Assembly (NCBI RefSeq): GCF_006345805.1
Contig: NC_043010.1
Location: 60,016,001-60,080,000 of the forward strand
Origin: Octopus sinensis
Taxonomy: Eukaryota
Length of the DNA stretch: 64,000 bases
Direction of reading: 5' to 3'
Positions 51,901 through 64,000 of this stretch are shown piece after piece. The notes below the pieces were generated by a model, which was not told the origin of the DNA, made no database searches, and saw nothing but the letters and a program-made list of their open reading frames with translations. Position 1 is the first letter of the stretch, and each line of letters starts with the position of its first letter. The position numbers were made by a program, and so were the translations under genes.

Positions 51901-52809
51901 TATTTATCTATCACACTAACCTGTATCATAAATGCAAAACTTCTTACACTCAGATTTCACTGTATATTTGCCTATGTGTGCATTTATGTATAGATGTTGG
52001 TGTATGTTAGTGTTTGTATGTTTGTATACGTGTACTTGTGCGTATATACATCCAACTATTCCTCCATTATATTTATACATGTGTATCTAAGCACACAGCT
52101 GTCTTTTGTCTCCATATTTACATTTACGCTTCTCTGATCTGATTATCCATCAAGTAGATTTCATTAATGCAAGCTGTTTTCATGAATTTAGCTAACCTCT
52201 TTACTTCGGACTTCTTCAATTTTTCCATCTTAATGCCAGGATTGTCTTCTTACATATGTGGTTTTTAATAACAAAAAAAAATACACTGAATACTGAAAGA
52301 AACAGGAAAATGATGTTGGTTAGTTGTAATATTCAAATAAATTTAAAATTACAATGACCGATAAAGTTATGACACCATGAAACAACCTACCAAAGCTTTC
52401 TAGACAAAGACACGTTGATCTCAGCACATTTCCAGTCAGAAGCTTTCTGATTAGTTATCATGACAAATACTTGGTACTGTTCTTATTGACCCCTTTGCTT
52501 GTAATAATTCAATAACCAGATATAGCTGATCTCTGTTCTGTGAATTTTCTCCCAATGTATACTTGAAACATTTCCTTGACACTATTGTTAGCTATTCTCA
52601 ATTACCATTTGGTGTCAGGATCCGTATTGAGTCATTCCCAGTTAATAGTTGAGTGCTCAGTGACTGGAACAAGATTTTACTGCAAAAACATTTACTTTTG
52701 TATTATGCAAATATACAACTTTGTAACAATTCTTTCACGGAGGAGAGAATAACGCTTGACATATAAGAGTGTGTATGTGTATGTACACACACACACACAT
52801 GCATGCACA

Positions 52810-52840
<31 letters not shown>

Positions 52841-53025
52841 GTACATACACACACAACACATACATATTTATTTCATTTTAATAGCATCTCTGGTATATAG
52901 CCATATTAGCTGCATATACAAATAAAGGTGACATCTCTTAAAATCAAATCTTCATACAAACAACTTCAGAAATAAGCATATCTTTAATGAGAAAGAATGA
53001 GTGATGCATTTGTGTGTGTGTGTTG

Positions 53026-53059
<34 letters not shown>

Positions 53060-53164
53060 CGTGCAAATGTATATACTTAGCATGGACACTTCTCTGCATG
53101 GTGAGACATATGTACTTGTCAGAAATGTCAATTTGATATTCAGATGCTTCAATTAATTTTATAT

Positions 53165-53485
53165 ATCGTCGTCATCGTCGTCGTCATCGTCATCGTTTAA
53201 CGTCTGCTTTCCATGCTAGCATGGGTTGGACAGTTCGACTGGGGTCTGGGGAGCCAGAGGTTGCACCAGGACCAGTCTGATCTGGCAGTATTTCTACAGC
53301 TGGATGCCCTTCCTAATGCCAACCACTCCGTGAGTGTAGTGAGTACTTTTTACGTGCCACCGACACAGGTACCAGGCAAGGCTGGCAGCGGCCACGATCA
53401 GTTGGTGCTTTTACGTGCCACCAGCACAGGTGCCAGTCGAGGCGGCGCTGGCAACGGCCACGATCGGATGGTTCTTTTACGTGCA
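53165..53485 (-). mobile_element. RTE-type LINE 3' end with subrepeats (same family as 11755-12296)
   Basis: catcgtttaacgtctgctttccatgctagcatgggttggac; repeated ttttacgtgcca units. Confidence 0.8.
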
Positions 53486-53577
53486 AACTGCATAAAACAA
53501 AAAATTTTCTCTCGCTGCTTAAGAGTAGCATGACATAGGTATAGAATGTAGAAGAAATGAGGTGGACTTTATATATG

Positions 53578-53638
<61 letters not shown>

Positions 53639-54488
53639 TATATATTTATTTATTTAATTCTATGTAGTTCATAGAATTCTGAGCATCTACCTATTTTGAA
53701 AGTGTCCAGAAAAATATATGCCAAAAGCCATTATATAGCATTTTAAAATTTTCAGAATATTTCATTATAGAAAAGTCAATAGAGAAATAAATAGTAGAGA
53801 GTGCACAGCAGCCATGCATGAAATGAAACAAATATTGAATGAAGCAATATACACTCATAAATCTGTCTCTGTAACTGATAAACTTCTCAACAAGCCTCAA
53901 ACATAATTTAAGTTTTCTAAATTTATTGAAGTATCATTTTTTAAAATTATATCTCTTTTTTTATTTGGTGAGAATTCATTTTAGCAAAGTAGCTGATATC
54001 TACACTCAGTAAATATCTCCTTCCTTCTTGTCAATAGTTTTACTACATTTTCTAAAACAACAAACGCTTTCTCAGATGTAATTTTTACCCAACTGATGAC
54101 CTGTGGTTAACATACTTGGAGTTTAAAGAAGAAAGAAAACATTAGAAGCTTGTTTGATATGATTCCACCAAAATTTCAGCATTAACTAGAAATAAGGTTC
54201 GATTGTCCAACTAAAACTGAACGATCTTCCCTCATTGAATTCATAAACCCCTCAACTGAGCATTACTGACGTTATTTTAGTATAGATATCACCTATACAA
54301 AACTAAAATGCTACATCATAATTTAGAACAGAAAATGTTTTAGAAGTTCTTTTAAATTCAGTTACTCAGTTTCATTTTACTACACAAAATATAATTAAAA
54401 AAATTATTTTGCCAGTTTGACAATATAGAAGCTTACTTCCTTCTATCTCTGTTATCTGAAATGAAAAGTGGATGTGTGAGCATGCATG

Positions 54489-54535
<47 letters not shown>

Positions 54536-54887
54536 CAGAAGATTTATATTGTACATAGATTGATGTCTGCAATGTGAGCTTGTTAATCTGATATCAATAT
54601 GATCTAATGGATTTGATGTTGCACCTAACAGTGAAGGGAGCTGCTTAGAAGCTAATGTAATTGACTTGACATCAGAAACTGAGCTTATAAATTGGTGTCA
54701 TAGAGAGTTGCTATTGAGTCACAGACCTTAGCTTAAGGCTACTACCCAGCATGATTGCTTCCATGGAGTAGGTTTCACTTCAATAAAGATTTATCAAGAT
54801 CTTTTACAGTCACTTTTACAATTTATTTATGATTGATGAAGATATTGTATAGCTTTTATGTCAATATCAGGTTTTGTTATTTTTCAG

Positions 54888-54953
54888 GAATCTACAATTT
54901 CAACCCAAGTATGTCCCCAAATTTTATGAAGAAATATCAACAGCACTGCTGAG
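54888..54953 (+). CDS. Candidate downstream exon of the gene with the 43689 exon (possibly terminal)
   Basis: Acceptor gttttgttatttttcAG. Spliced in phase 1 to 43839 it reads GIYNFNPSMSPNFMKKYQQHC-stop, with AATAAA near 55040 and 55225. An alternative frame reads NLQFQPKYVPKFYEEISTALL before a weak GTATCT donor. Confidence 0.3.
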
Positions 54954-56814
54954 GTATCTCTTTAGAAGTTACTTCTCCTGAAGGTATAAGTCTCCTTGAT
55001 GCAGATATCTAATTAACAAACATTGAACAACAATGGGATTCCTTTCAGCAATAAACTGGAAATTAGTTTTATCTTAGATTCTCTGCATTGATGCATAAAA
55101 GAACTTTTACTTTGAACAATTATATATCAAGTGTCCACATCTCCAGTTCTATTTCTTCCACTGTTTGTTGGCAAAGTGGATGATTGTGGAGGGAAGGCCA
55201 TATCTGCATTTCATTTAGACGGTAATAAAAATTCCAAGATTACTTGAAAAATAAAGTTACTATGATAGAATTATATTGCTAACATCGTTTATTAAACATG
55301 TACACTGTACTATGAACAACAAGAATTATTATCGTTTCGTTTACCACAACTTTGAAATGAACAGCCAAAAGATTTTTTAAAATTCTGAGGAAATGAAAAT
55401 GTAAAAACTAAAAAATTCCTTTGTAAATACAGTGAGTGTACTCTCTAATTGTCCAACACATTCCAAGTCATTCTGTCTGGGTTAAGATACTTGCTGAATT
55501 TTGGTTCGTATTACTTCTTTGTTGCTTAATCAATCTTTGCATAGAATGAGAAAACATCATGGAAGGAAAAAAGAAAGACAAACAGAGAAAAAAAAAAGAG
55601 AAAGAAACTAAACTCACGTGAAACTACAATTGTCAAAAATCAAAGCCAATTCTACACATATTCTGATATTCATGATATATAATCCATTTACTATGTAATC
55701 TAATTTGACATTTATTCTATTTGATATATAATCCCTTTGATATCAATAATCTAATTTCATATGTAATCCTTTGTAATCAATTGAAAATTGAAACATATAT
55801 TGTCTGTAAGTTGTCAAAAATAGTTGCATCAGATGTTCTTTCTAAAGCTAGCTTTGGTTAATGTATATTTTTGTTGATGGAAACTTTCTGCAATTCACTT
55901 CTGTTGTCATCAAAAGGATTTATCTATGGAAATATTGTATATCTAAATGGAACAGCAACAAATATAATATAAAAAGAGAAAGACAGAGCAAAAAGCATTT
56001 CCATCAGACAAAAGGTCTGTGCAAAACAATGCATGTTTGAGATTCTTATCACTTGTCATGTGTGATATTATTGAATGATAGTATGTGATAATACATTGTA
56101 ATACTGAGTTTACTGACAAGAAGATCATTAAACTAACACAACATTTACTAACTTATGAACTGCATACAACTGTATCTCAGTTAAAAAATAAAACTGTGAT
56201 GTGGAAATCAAAAACATGACTATTTATACAAGCAAGCTAACAAGAAAAACAACAATAATGGTGGCAGTGGTGATGATGATGATGATGATGATGACGACTA
56301 AAACAACAATATCAACAACAATAATGCAGTCACTGATATTTGCAATGATTTTATAAGAATTTTCCTACACTCCCCTTCCCCCTTACTTTTCCTAAAAGCA
56401 GTTTTTTTTTTATGTAAATATTTTGTTATTCCCTATACAAAGCAATAGTTCGTGAGCAAATGCTTCCAGTGTGCGTGATATTCAGGGAAAACAGTGTTGT
56501 TAATAGAGCTTGGAGCTTATTGATTGCTACAAATTGTTTATAACACGGCTTAAAGTCTATCCTATTACCAGCAATAAAAAGAAAAGAAAAATGTTTGTGT
56601 TGAGAACAAGAAGCAAACAATTGTAAATAGAAGAAATGGAAAATAAATATACAAATAAAATGAGAAATAGAAAGTGAATGTAATGTTTTAAAATTTATTT
56701 TTTTATTGAAATTTCACAAATGAAAATATTTATTAGAAAATGTATAAAAATTGATGTTATACACAGGAATATTTGTAAACATGACATGCAAAAAAAATTG
56801 GTAAAATAATAACT

Positions 56815-56990
56815 GGTGGTGGTGGTGGTGGTGGTGGTGGTGGTGGTGGTAGCTGTACTAGTGACAGAAGTTAATAACAACAACAACGACAATAATGATG
56901 ACGACGACAACTACAATGATGATAACAATGATGATGATGATGACAACGGCGGCGACAACGACGATGATGATGATGATGATGATGACAATA
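56815..56990. repeat. (GGT)n plus (GAT/GAC/AAC)n trinucleotide low-complexity tract
   Basis: Directly visible. Confidence 0.9.
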
Positions 56991-57879
56991 GTAATAATTT
57001 TTCAATATATTGATTTCAAAACACAGCAACAGATTTTAATGAATAATATTATATAATAGTTGAGTTTTGAACAATTAGGAAGAAGGGGTAGGAGAAATTA
57101 TTGAATAGTAATCTTTTCACAAATGGACAAAGAAATTATTTTATCAAGAAAAAATAATCAATGCTTAATACATTCCTCTCTATCATTTTTGTTCTTTTTA
57201 TCTTATTATTTCCAATAAAAATATAAATCTGAGAGAGGGCTTTGTTTCAATGTTGCCTTGAGTTGCACGAATGGAGTGGGTAAAGAAAGTAAATAAAAGA
57301 AAGTATAATAGAATAATGGGGTGGTGGATAGGACCCAAAATTGATAATGATAATATTAGCTGCTAAACAAACAAGGTAGAAGAGGGGAGATGTAAGGGAG
57401 AGGAGGAGAGGCAGAAGGGAAGAAGTCAGTTTGAACACCTACTTTGAACTTGAACTTAATCTGAAAGCTGGGGTCAAAACAGGAATAATAGCAGTATCTT
57501 ATTAAGAAAAGCAATAATATAAGGGATGGAGGAAAAGGAAGGGGGTGGAAAGAAGGAGCAGGAGTGAAACAAAGTAGATTGAAGTTTTATTCTAGATTGA
57601 ATCCCCATTTGGAAAGTAATATTGAAATGTGGAGGTGAATGGCATGGGAGGGTTTCTAATAGTTTTAGAAATAAGTAAATAGAATTATGTTTTAGCAGAG
57701 CATAGTTTTCTTTATTCCTTTTGTTTGTCTCTCCCTAACTGGATTTGTTGAGAAGTTCAACAATAGCTTGGAAATGAGGCTCCCAGTTTTCTTCGCACAT
57801 CAGCTTGGCAGTTGAAGGCAGGAATCGACTGCAAGTCAAACCCCACCTTCCTATCCCACACCCCACCTCGTTTCACAAA

Positions 57880-58171
57880 GACTTGCAGAAAAACTCACTC
57901 AGCTATTTACAAATACAGTAACACCATACATACATATATATCCATGTAAGTCTACTTACACACACACTCGCACACACAGATTGAGAAATACTTGCAGAAA
58001 TGCACAACACCTTGCTACAGTAGCAGCCTCCCACTGGCCGACACACAACTCCTCTCAAGCATCAACACACAGTCACTCTCACACACTACTGCTGCAGCAG
58101 TTACATTGGAAATCTACACCAGGATACACTTCTCCAGTCACAGCCAGCAACAAAGGATTAAAACAATGCAG
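57880..58171 (+). other. Candidate first exon (5' UTR plus ATG CAG) ending at a consensus donor
   Basis: aaaacaATGCAG|GTAAGT, with ATG at 58166 (A at -3) and the donor at 58172. The upstream sequence is non-repetitive, C/A-rich and UTR-like. The start coordinate is a guess. Confidence 0.35.
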
Positions 58172-59303
58172 GTAAGTCTTACCTTAATTCTAACTCTTAG
58201 CTTAAATTCAACTTGTTTATAGCTTTATCAAAATTAAAGAAAAAAAATGTTCTTCTCACTTTATATATTAATAACAACGATTATTCTCAGCAATCTATTT
58301 TCAAAATATAAATTTAATTTTGTGATTATTTCTTCATTTTTTAAAATTTTGTTTTTACTTAAGTAGCCAGTAATAACTGACTACTGAAGGAAAAATATCA
58401 TGAAGATATTATTTTCTACTGTTCTACATTTCTTCTTAATTTGAGAAGAATATTTGTGTTTGAACTATTTGCCAGTTTTCTACTCTTCACTTTTGAAAAA
58501 GTTTATTGATCAGAAAGCATGGGTGGGTGAAATCTTAAAAGCTTTGTTTGAGAGGATTGTGTTAACAACGGATACGTATTCCCACTGACAGGTGATATCT
58601 GACCCTCTGCACTGTCTGTCGATGCAGGGGCATCTCAAGTCAAAGTCAAGCAAATAATATATTCCCTAACTGTTACACTATCACTTACAGGAACTGGATG
58701 GTTGCGGTGGTGGTGGTGAGGGTGGTGGTTGGGGGTGCAGCTAAAAGCAAGCTGTGGGGAGAAATGGAAAACGAGATGAACTAGTGTTGGCGGTACAAAT
58801 AAACTGAGAATTACTTTACAAAAAAGAAAGAAAACTATCAATTTCAATTAAAAAATCGTTTTTAAATACATTAAAGACGTTTCATTGAGAGAGCGAAAGA
58901 CTGCGACTGTCCTCCGGGTGTTCATAAATAGTTTTACACAAAAAACAGATTCATAAATCAAGGGGTCCAAATTATTAGTGATCTTTAAAATATTTATTTT
59001 TATGAAGCCAAATGTATGTATATACATATATGAAATGAGTGAGTACATAATAAAGATGATTTACAAACATATATATGTGTATATGCACATATGAATGTGT
59101 GTATATATGTGTGTGTGTATGTATGTTTATATATATCACACACATTTATGTTTATATATATATATATATATATTATATATACATATATATATGCACATTT
59201 ATATGTTTATATATATACATATAAGTTTATATATATATATAAAAGTTTATATATATATATAAAAGTTTATATATATATATAAATAGTGGTTTTGTCTCGA
59301 ATA

Positions 59304-59354
<51 letters not shown>

Positions 59355-59473
59355 TTTTATATATATGTTTATATATATACACACACACACACATATATAT
59401 ATATGCTATATATATATATGCATATATATATATATATACATATGTATCTATATGTGTATACATACATACATAC

Positions 59474-59507
<34 letters not shown>

Positions 59508-59832
59508 CACACAAACACACATAAGCATATACATGTCTATGTGTGTGTGTGTTGTGTGAAGTTTATTCCCCAATCGCATGGTTCTGGATTCAGCCCCACC
59601 ATGTGGGAGCTTGGGCAAGAGGTGCAGTCATGGTTGCATGCTTAAGAAGTTTACTTCACAGCCACATGGTTTTCTCCTCCCTCCCATCGTATGATCCCTT
59701 GAACAAGTGTCATTTACGGTGGGCCCTAGCCAACTACTGCCTTGTGAGTGGATTTGGTTTGTGCAAATGGGAAGAAGTCAGTCATAAATACATGTACATA
59801 CATATACACCTACCTCCATACATACAAGCATG

Positions 59833-59864
<32 letters not shown>

Positions 59865-60190
59865 TGTACATACATACATACATACATACATACATACATA
59901 CATACATACATACCCTGTTGTTGATGTTGAAACTCCAATAAAGTAGCCTTGGATCTAGGTTAGAAACCAGCTCTTTCTCTATTGGAAAGTAATCTTGAAA
60001 TAGAACTGAACAATGACCATACATATACACATGGATATATACATATGCACACATTCATTTATATATGTATATATATGTAGCTATTATATAGACATGTATG
60101 TATATATATTCATATCTATATACATGTACATACATGTATATATACACACACACACACACACCTATACATATATATATATATATATACATA

Positions 60191-60259
<69 letters not shown>

Positions 60260-60267
60260 CCAAAACA

Positions 60268-60431
60268 CAGGCACAGGAGTGGCTGTGTGGTATGAAGTTA
60301 TGCTTCCCAACCACATGGTTCCAGGTTCAGTCCAACTGCGTGGCACCTTGAGCAAGTGCCTTGAATTATAACCTTGAGCTAACCAAAAGCCTTGTTAGTG
60401 GATTTGGTACACGGAACTGAAGAAGCATGTC

Positions 60432-60474
<43 letters not shown>

Positions 60475-60519
60475 CTATATATATATAATTATATATATAG
60501 GTTTTATATATGTGTATGA

Positions 60520-60550
<31 letters not shown>

Positions 60551-60657
60551 TATGGGGTTTTTGTATATATAATGTTTATATATATTATATATATATAATA
60601 TATATATATATTATATATATATTGTTTATATATATGTTATATATAATATATATATAT

Positions 60658-60702
<45 letters not shown>

Positions 60703-61155
60703 CAGTGGTTAGGTAGCGGACTCGTGAATTGTAGGATCGCGGTTTTTCAATTCCAAACCGGCGTTGTGAGTGTTTATTGAGCGAAAAACACCTAAAGCTC
60801 CACGAGGCCCGGCAGGGGATGGCGTCATTTGAAGGCTAAAACTATGCAAAACGCATTGTGACCAGTGATGTGTAACAACATCTGATAGTCTGGTCGGTCA
60901 TGGTGACGGTCACTGTGATGTATATAGATATATATATGTATGTGTGTATGTATTTGTGTATCAGTGTTTGTCACCCAACCATTGCTTGACAACCGATGTT
61001 GGTGTATTTGCATCCCTGTAACTTAGCAGTTCAGCAAAAGAAACCAATCGAATAAGTACTAGGCTTACAAAGAATAAGTCCTGGGGTCGATTTGTTTGAG
61101 TAAGGGTGGTGCTTCAGCATGGCCACAGTCAAATGAGTGAAACAAGTAAAAAGTA
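60268..61155 (+). mobile_element. SINE family A split by an expanded central (TA)n and a nested SINE
   Basis: 5' half at 60268-60435 (caggagtggctgtgtgg...gaagcatgtcgtata); 3' half at 60955-61155 (tttgtcacccaaccattgcttgacaaccgatg...gaaacaagtaaaa). Confidence 0.8.
60698..60920 (+). mobile_element. tRNA-headed SINE family D nested in the SINE-A microsatellite
   Basis: gcccagtggttagg...ggactc...tcaattcc tRNA-like head followed by the 3' motif seen at 8968-9095. Confidence 0.7.
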
Positions 61156-61164
61156 TACATATAT

Positions 61165-61222
<58 letters not shown>

Positions 61223-61734
61223 TGTGTGTATATGTATAGTCAATTAAAAAAAACCCATAAAAAATAATAAACAAACATGAGGACATAGCACAAGCAATGT
61301 ATTAACATGATGCCTGGAGAAGGAGAGCAGTTGCTTTACACACACACACACACACACACACATATATGTATGTATATATATATATATTATATATACACAC
61401 CATATGTATATATACATACACACACACACATGTATTTATATGTATGTGTGACATGAGTGTGTGTGTGTGTGTGTATATATATATGCAACACATACACCAC
61501 ATACATATATTGTGTGTTGTGTATATATATACACACACACACACACACACATATATATAAATATGTGTGTGTTTGTATATATATATATCTATGGACACAA
61601 ACACCACAAATATGTGCATATACATATGCATGTATGTTTGCATGCATGTGCCTGCGAGTATGTGCATATGTTTCTGGTGTTGTAAATGATCATCACTGTT
61701 ATAAAGGCAGTGTTATTCATTTCCAATATTTTGC

Positions 61735-61890
61735 GTAAACACGTCTGGCTTTGAGAAACTATTACCTTCCTTGGTAAACAGGTGAGGGTTGGTGACAGAA
61801 AGTGCCCCCCGGTCATAGAAAGTCTGCTGAATGTTATCTGTCCAACCTATGCAATCATGGGAAAGTGAAGGTTAAAATGATGATAATGAT
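61735..61890 (+). mobile_element. Short element with the RTE-type (ATG)n tail
   Basis: ggttggtgacagaaag...gtccaacctatgcaatcatgggaaagtg...ttaaaatgatgataatgat shares the tail of 12250-12296. Confidence 0.55.
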
Positions 61891-62012
61891 ACACACACAC
61901 ACACACATGTATGTAAATATATGCATAAATTCCTTGCAAACATGTGTGTGTGCTTATATATATATACATACATGTATGTATGTATGTATATAGACATATA
62001 TATATGTATCTA

Positions 62013-62090
<78 letters not shown>

Positions 62091-62189
62091 CATATATATA
62101 TAATATACACACACACAGATAAATATATAAATTTACACATATATACATATACATTTGTAAATATACATATTTCAAAATGCAACTACGTT

Positions 62190-62400
62190 TAAATCATTGG
62201 CGATTTTTTAACTCTGTCTTCCTTTTCTCTTGAACTTTCCTCTGTCTCCTCTTTCTGAAGAAGAGCTTTGCTTGAAACATAAAACCAACTTTCTTTCCTT
62301 CCCCGAGCGTCTGCTAATACTTTGCATGTACCCTGTCCTTGTGTTGTTTTTTTCCTGTTTGTTCTTCATTTTTTGGGATTTATATATATGTATTTATTGT
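62190..62400 (+). mobile_element. Penelope-type terminal-repeat fragment with a minimal hammerhead-like motif
   Basis: CTTT-CTGAAGA-AGAGC-TTT-GCTT-GAAA-CATA-AAAC at 62251-62285; flanks homologous to the reverse complement of 28905-29110. Confidence 0.55.
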
Positions 62401-62510
62401 GGTCTATAGTGTGTGTGTGTGTGTGTCTATAGTGGTGTGGTGTGTTGTTGTATGTATGTATGTATGTATGTATGTATGTATTATATATATATAGATATAT
62501 ATATATTATA

Positions 62511-62556
<46 letters not shown>

Positions 62557-62711
62557 ACACATACATACACATACATATATATACATATACATATATATAT
62601 ACATACATACATATACACAATATATGTATTACACATATATATGTATATATACATACATATATGCATATGTACATACAAACATATGCATACATAAATACAT
62701 GTGTGTGTATA

Positions 62712-62750
<39 letters not shown>

Positions 62751-63368
62751 ATACATGTGTGTATATGTATAGATATATATATACACACATGTACACTTGT
62801 TGGTTATATGCTGTTTATAAACCTGTCTTCATCTTTTGTTTTTCTGTAAATTTCATACACACACACACACCACACACACACACATGTAATATAAGTAAAA
62901 TTGATAACTGCAGAATATTTCTGAATTTAAAAATTTTTTTATTAAGTATAAAACAATTATTTAAATGTATGTGCATTTGTGTATATACAAATATAAATAA
63001 ACTATATATATATATATAATACCTAAATGTATACCTATGGAACATTCACAAAAAATATTTTTAATGGTACTTTAGATGTATAGTATGTATTTTTGTTATC
63101 AATATAGGTCTGTCTGTCTGTGTATCTATCATAGGAGGAAGGTAACATTCTACAATGATTTCTCAGTTGACATGTGGTTAGAGTCATAAGCACACAATAC
63201 ACAGCTATTTAAAATTAATCATGTAACAACAGTCAATGAGCAATTCTGCAGATGTTCCGCTGTTCAGTGAATCGTGTAAACCACAAAACACCGGCAGTTT
63301 TCAAAGTTTGCATGAAGCGGTACTGCAAAATTGTATATAAAAGATCATAAAAACAGAACACACACACT

Positions 63369-63413
<45 letters not shown>

Positions 63414-64000
63414 TATTAAGATATATTATTATGTCCATGTATATTTATATATTTACACAAATATATTGAAGTATATATAGCTATATATACACACACATAC
63501 ACAGACATATACACCAGCATACAAACACATATGAGTACATACATGAAGAAATAAAAAAAGCACATTCTCTATAAAAAGTTTTGGTGTTAGAAAATAGAGA
63601 TTCATTTAACAATACATTTAAGATGCTTTAATCCCTTTTCCTTACTGAAAAATATGCTAAGACACACACAGAGTCGTATAAACACACGTAAACACATATA
63701 TCTACGCTGTTCTTGTCAAACTGTCCAGTCTATGCCAGCATGAAAGAAAGTGGTATGATGATGATGATGATGACGATGATGGTGATATATCTTTACGTAT
63801 TCAGTGATGTGCAAACATTTATATATGTAAAAAATTTCTGTTGATTCTCAAAGGAGTGTTGAATTTCAGAAATCAATAGGCAATAGTAAACTGTTCTTCA
63901 ACAAATTTTAATTGAATGGCTCAAAAATACCTGAAAGATGCATACATACATTCATACGTATATGTTTGTGTATGTATCCTCATCCAATGCCCATTCACAC

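Larger units (their letters stand above)
59060..63560. repeat. Dense field of (TA)n, (CA)n, (TACA)n and (CT)n microsatellites with interspersed SINE fragments
   Basis: Directly visible; accounts for the [12 protein letters not shown] ORFs in this interval. Confidence 0.95.

Noticed and set aside
51537-52010. Long [12 protein letters not shown] ORFs here and at 59-63 kb
   Set aside because: Dinucleotide microsatellites lack stop codons; not coding evidence.
58860-58935. CpG-rich segment with GAAACGTC on the minus strand, considered as a third hammerhead
   Set aside because: No CUGANGA box or stem II; more likely a fragment of another small repeat.
60698-60760. tRNA-like sequences here and at other SINE heads
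   Set aside because: They have A/B boxes but no complete cloverleaf and run into SINE bodies, so they are not tRNA genes.

Overview
AT-rich, microsatellite-saturated eukaryotic DNA. The repeat families (several tRNA-headed SINEs, RTE/Tx1/Dong/Penelope retroelement relics, mariner and hAT derivatives) look like a coleoid cephalopod, probably Octopus; this is inferred from repeat recognition, not from a search. The window is almost all intron or intergenic sequence. Nearly every ORF in the supplied track is a microsatellite, low-complexity or transposon-relic artefact. There is no rRNA, true tRNA, CRISPR or prokaryotic operon. One convincing isolated + strand coding exon (43689-43839) is present, plus two weaker exon candidates (54888 onward; a possible first exon ending ATGCAG|GTAAGT at 58171). 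The most notable structures are a head-to-tail ~4.3-kb near-identical tandem duplication (34783-43398), two Penelope-type terminal fragments carrying minimal hammerhead-ribozyme motifs (28905-29110, 62190-62400), a near-perfect 241-bp palindrome (51258-51498), a fold-back mariner derivative sitting at the end of a TAA-flanked R4/Dong LINE relic (48716-50290), and a ~550-bp headless element found twice inside (TAA)n tracts. I found no clear new protein-coding system. All coordinates and translations were read by eye and may be off by a few bases, more for degraded repeats.
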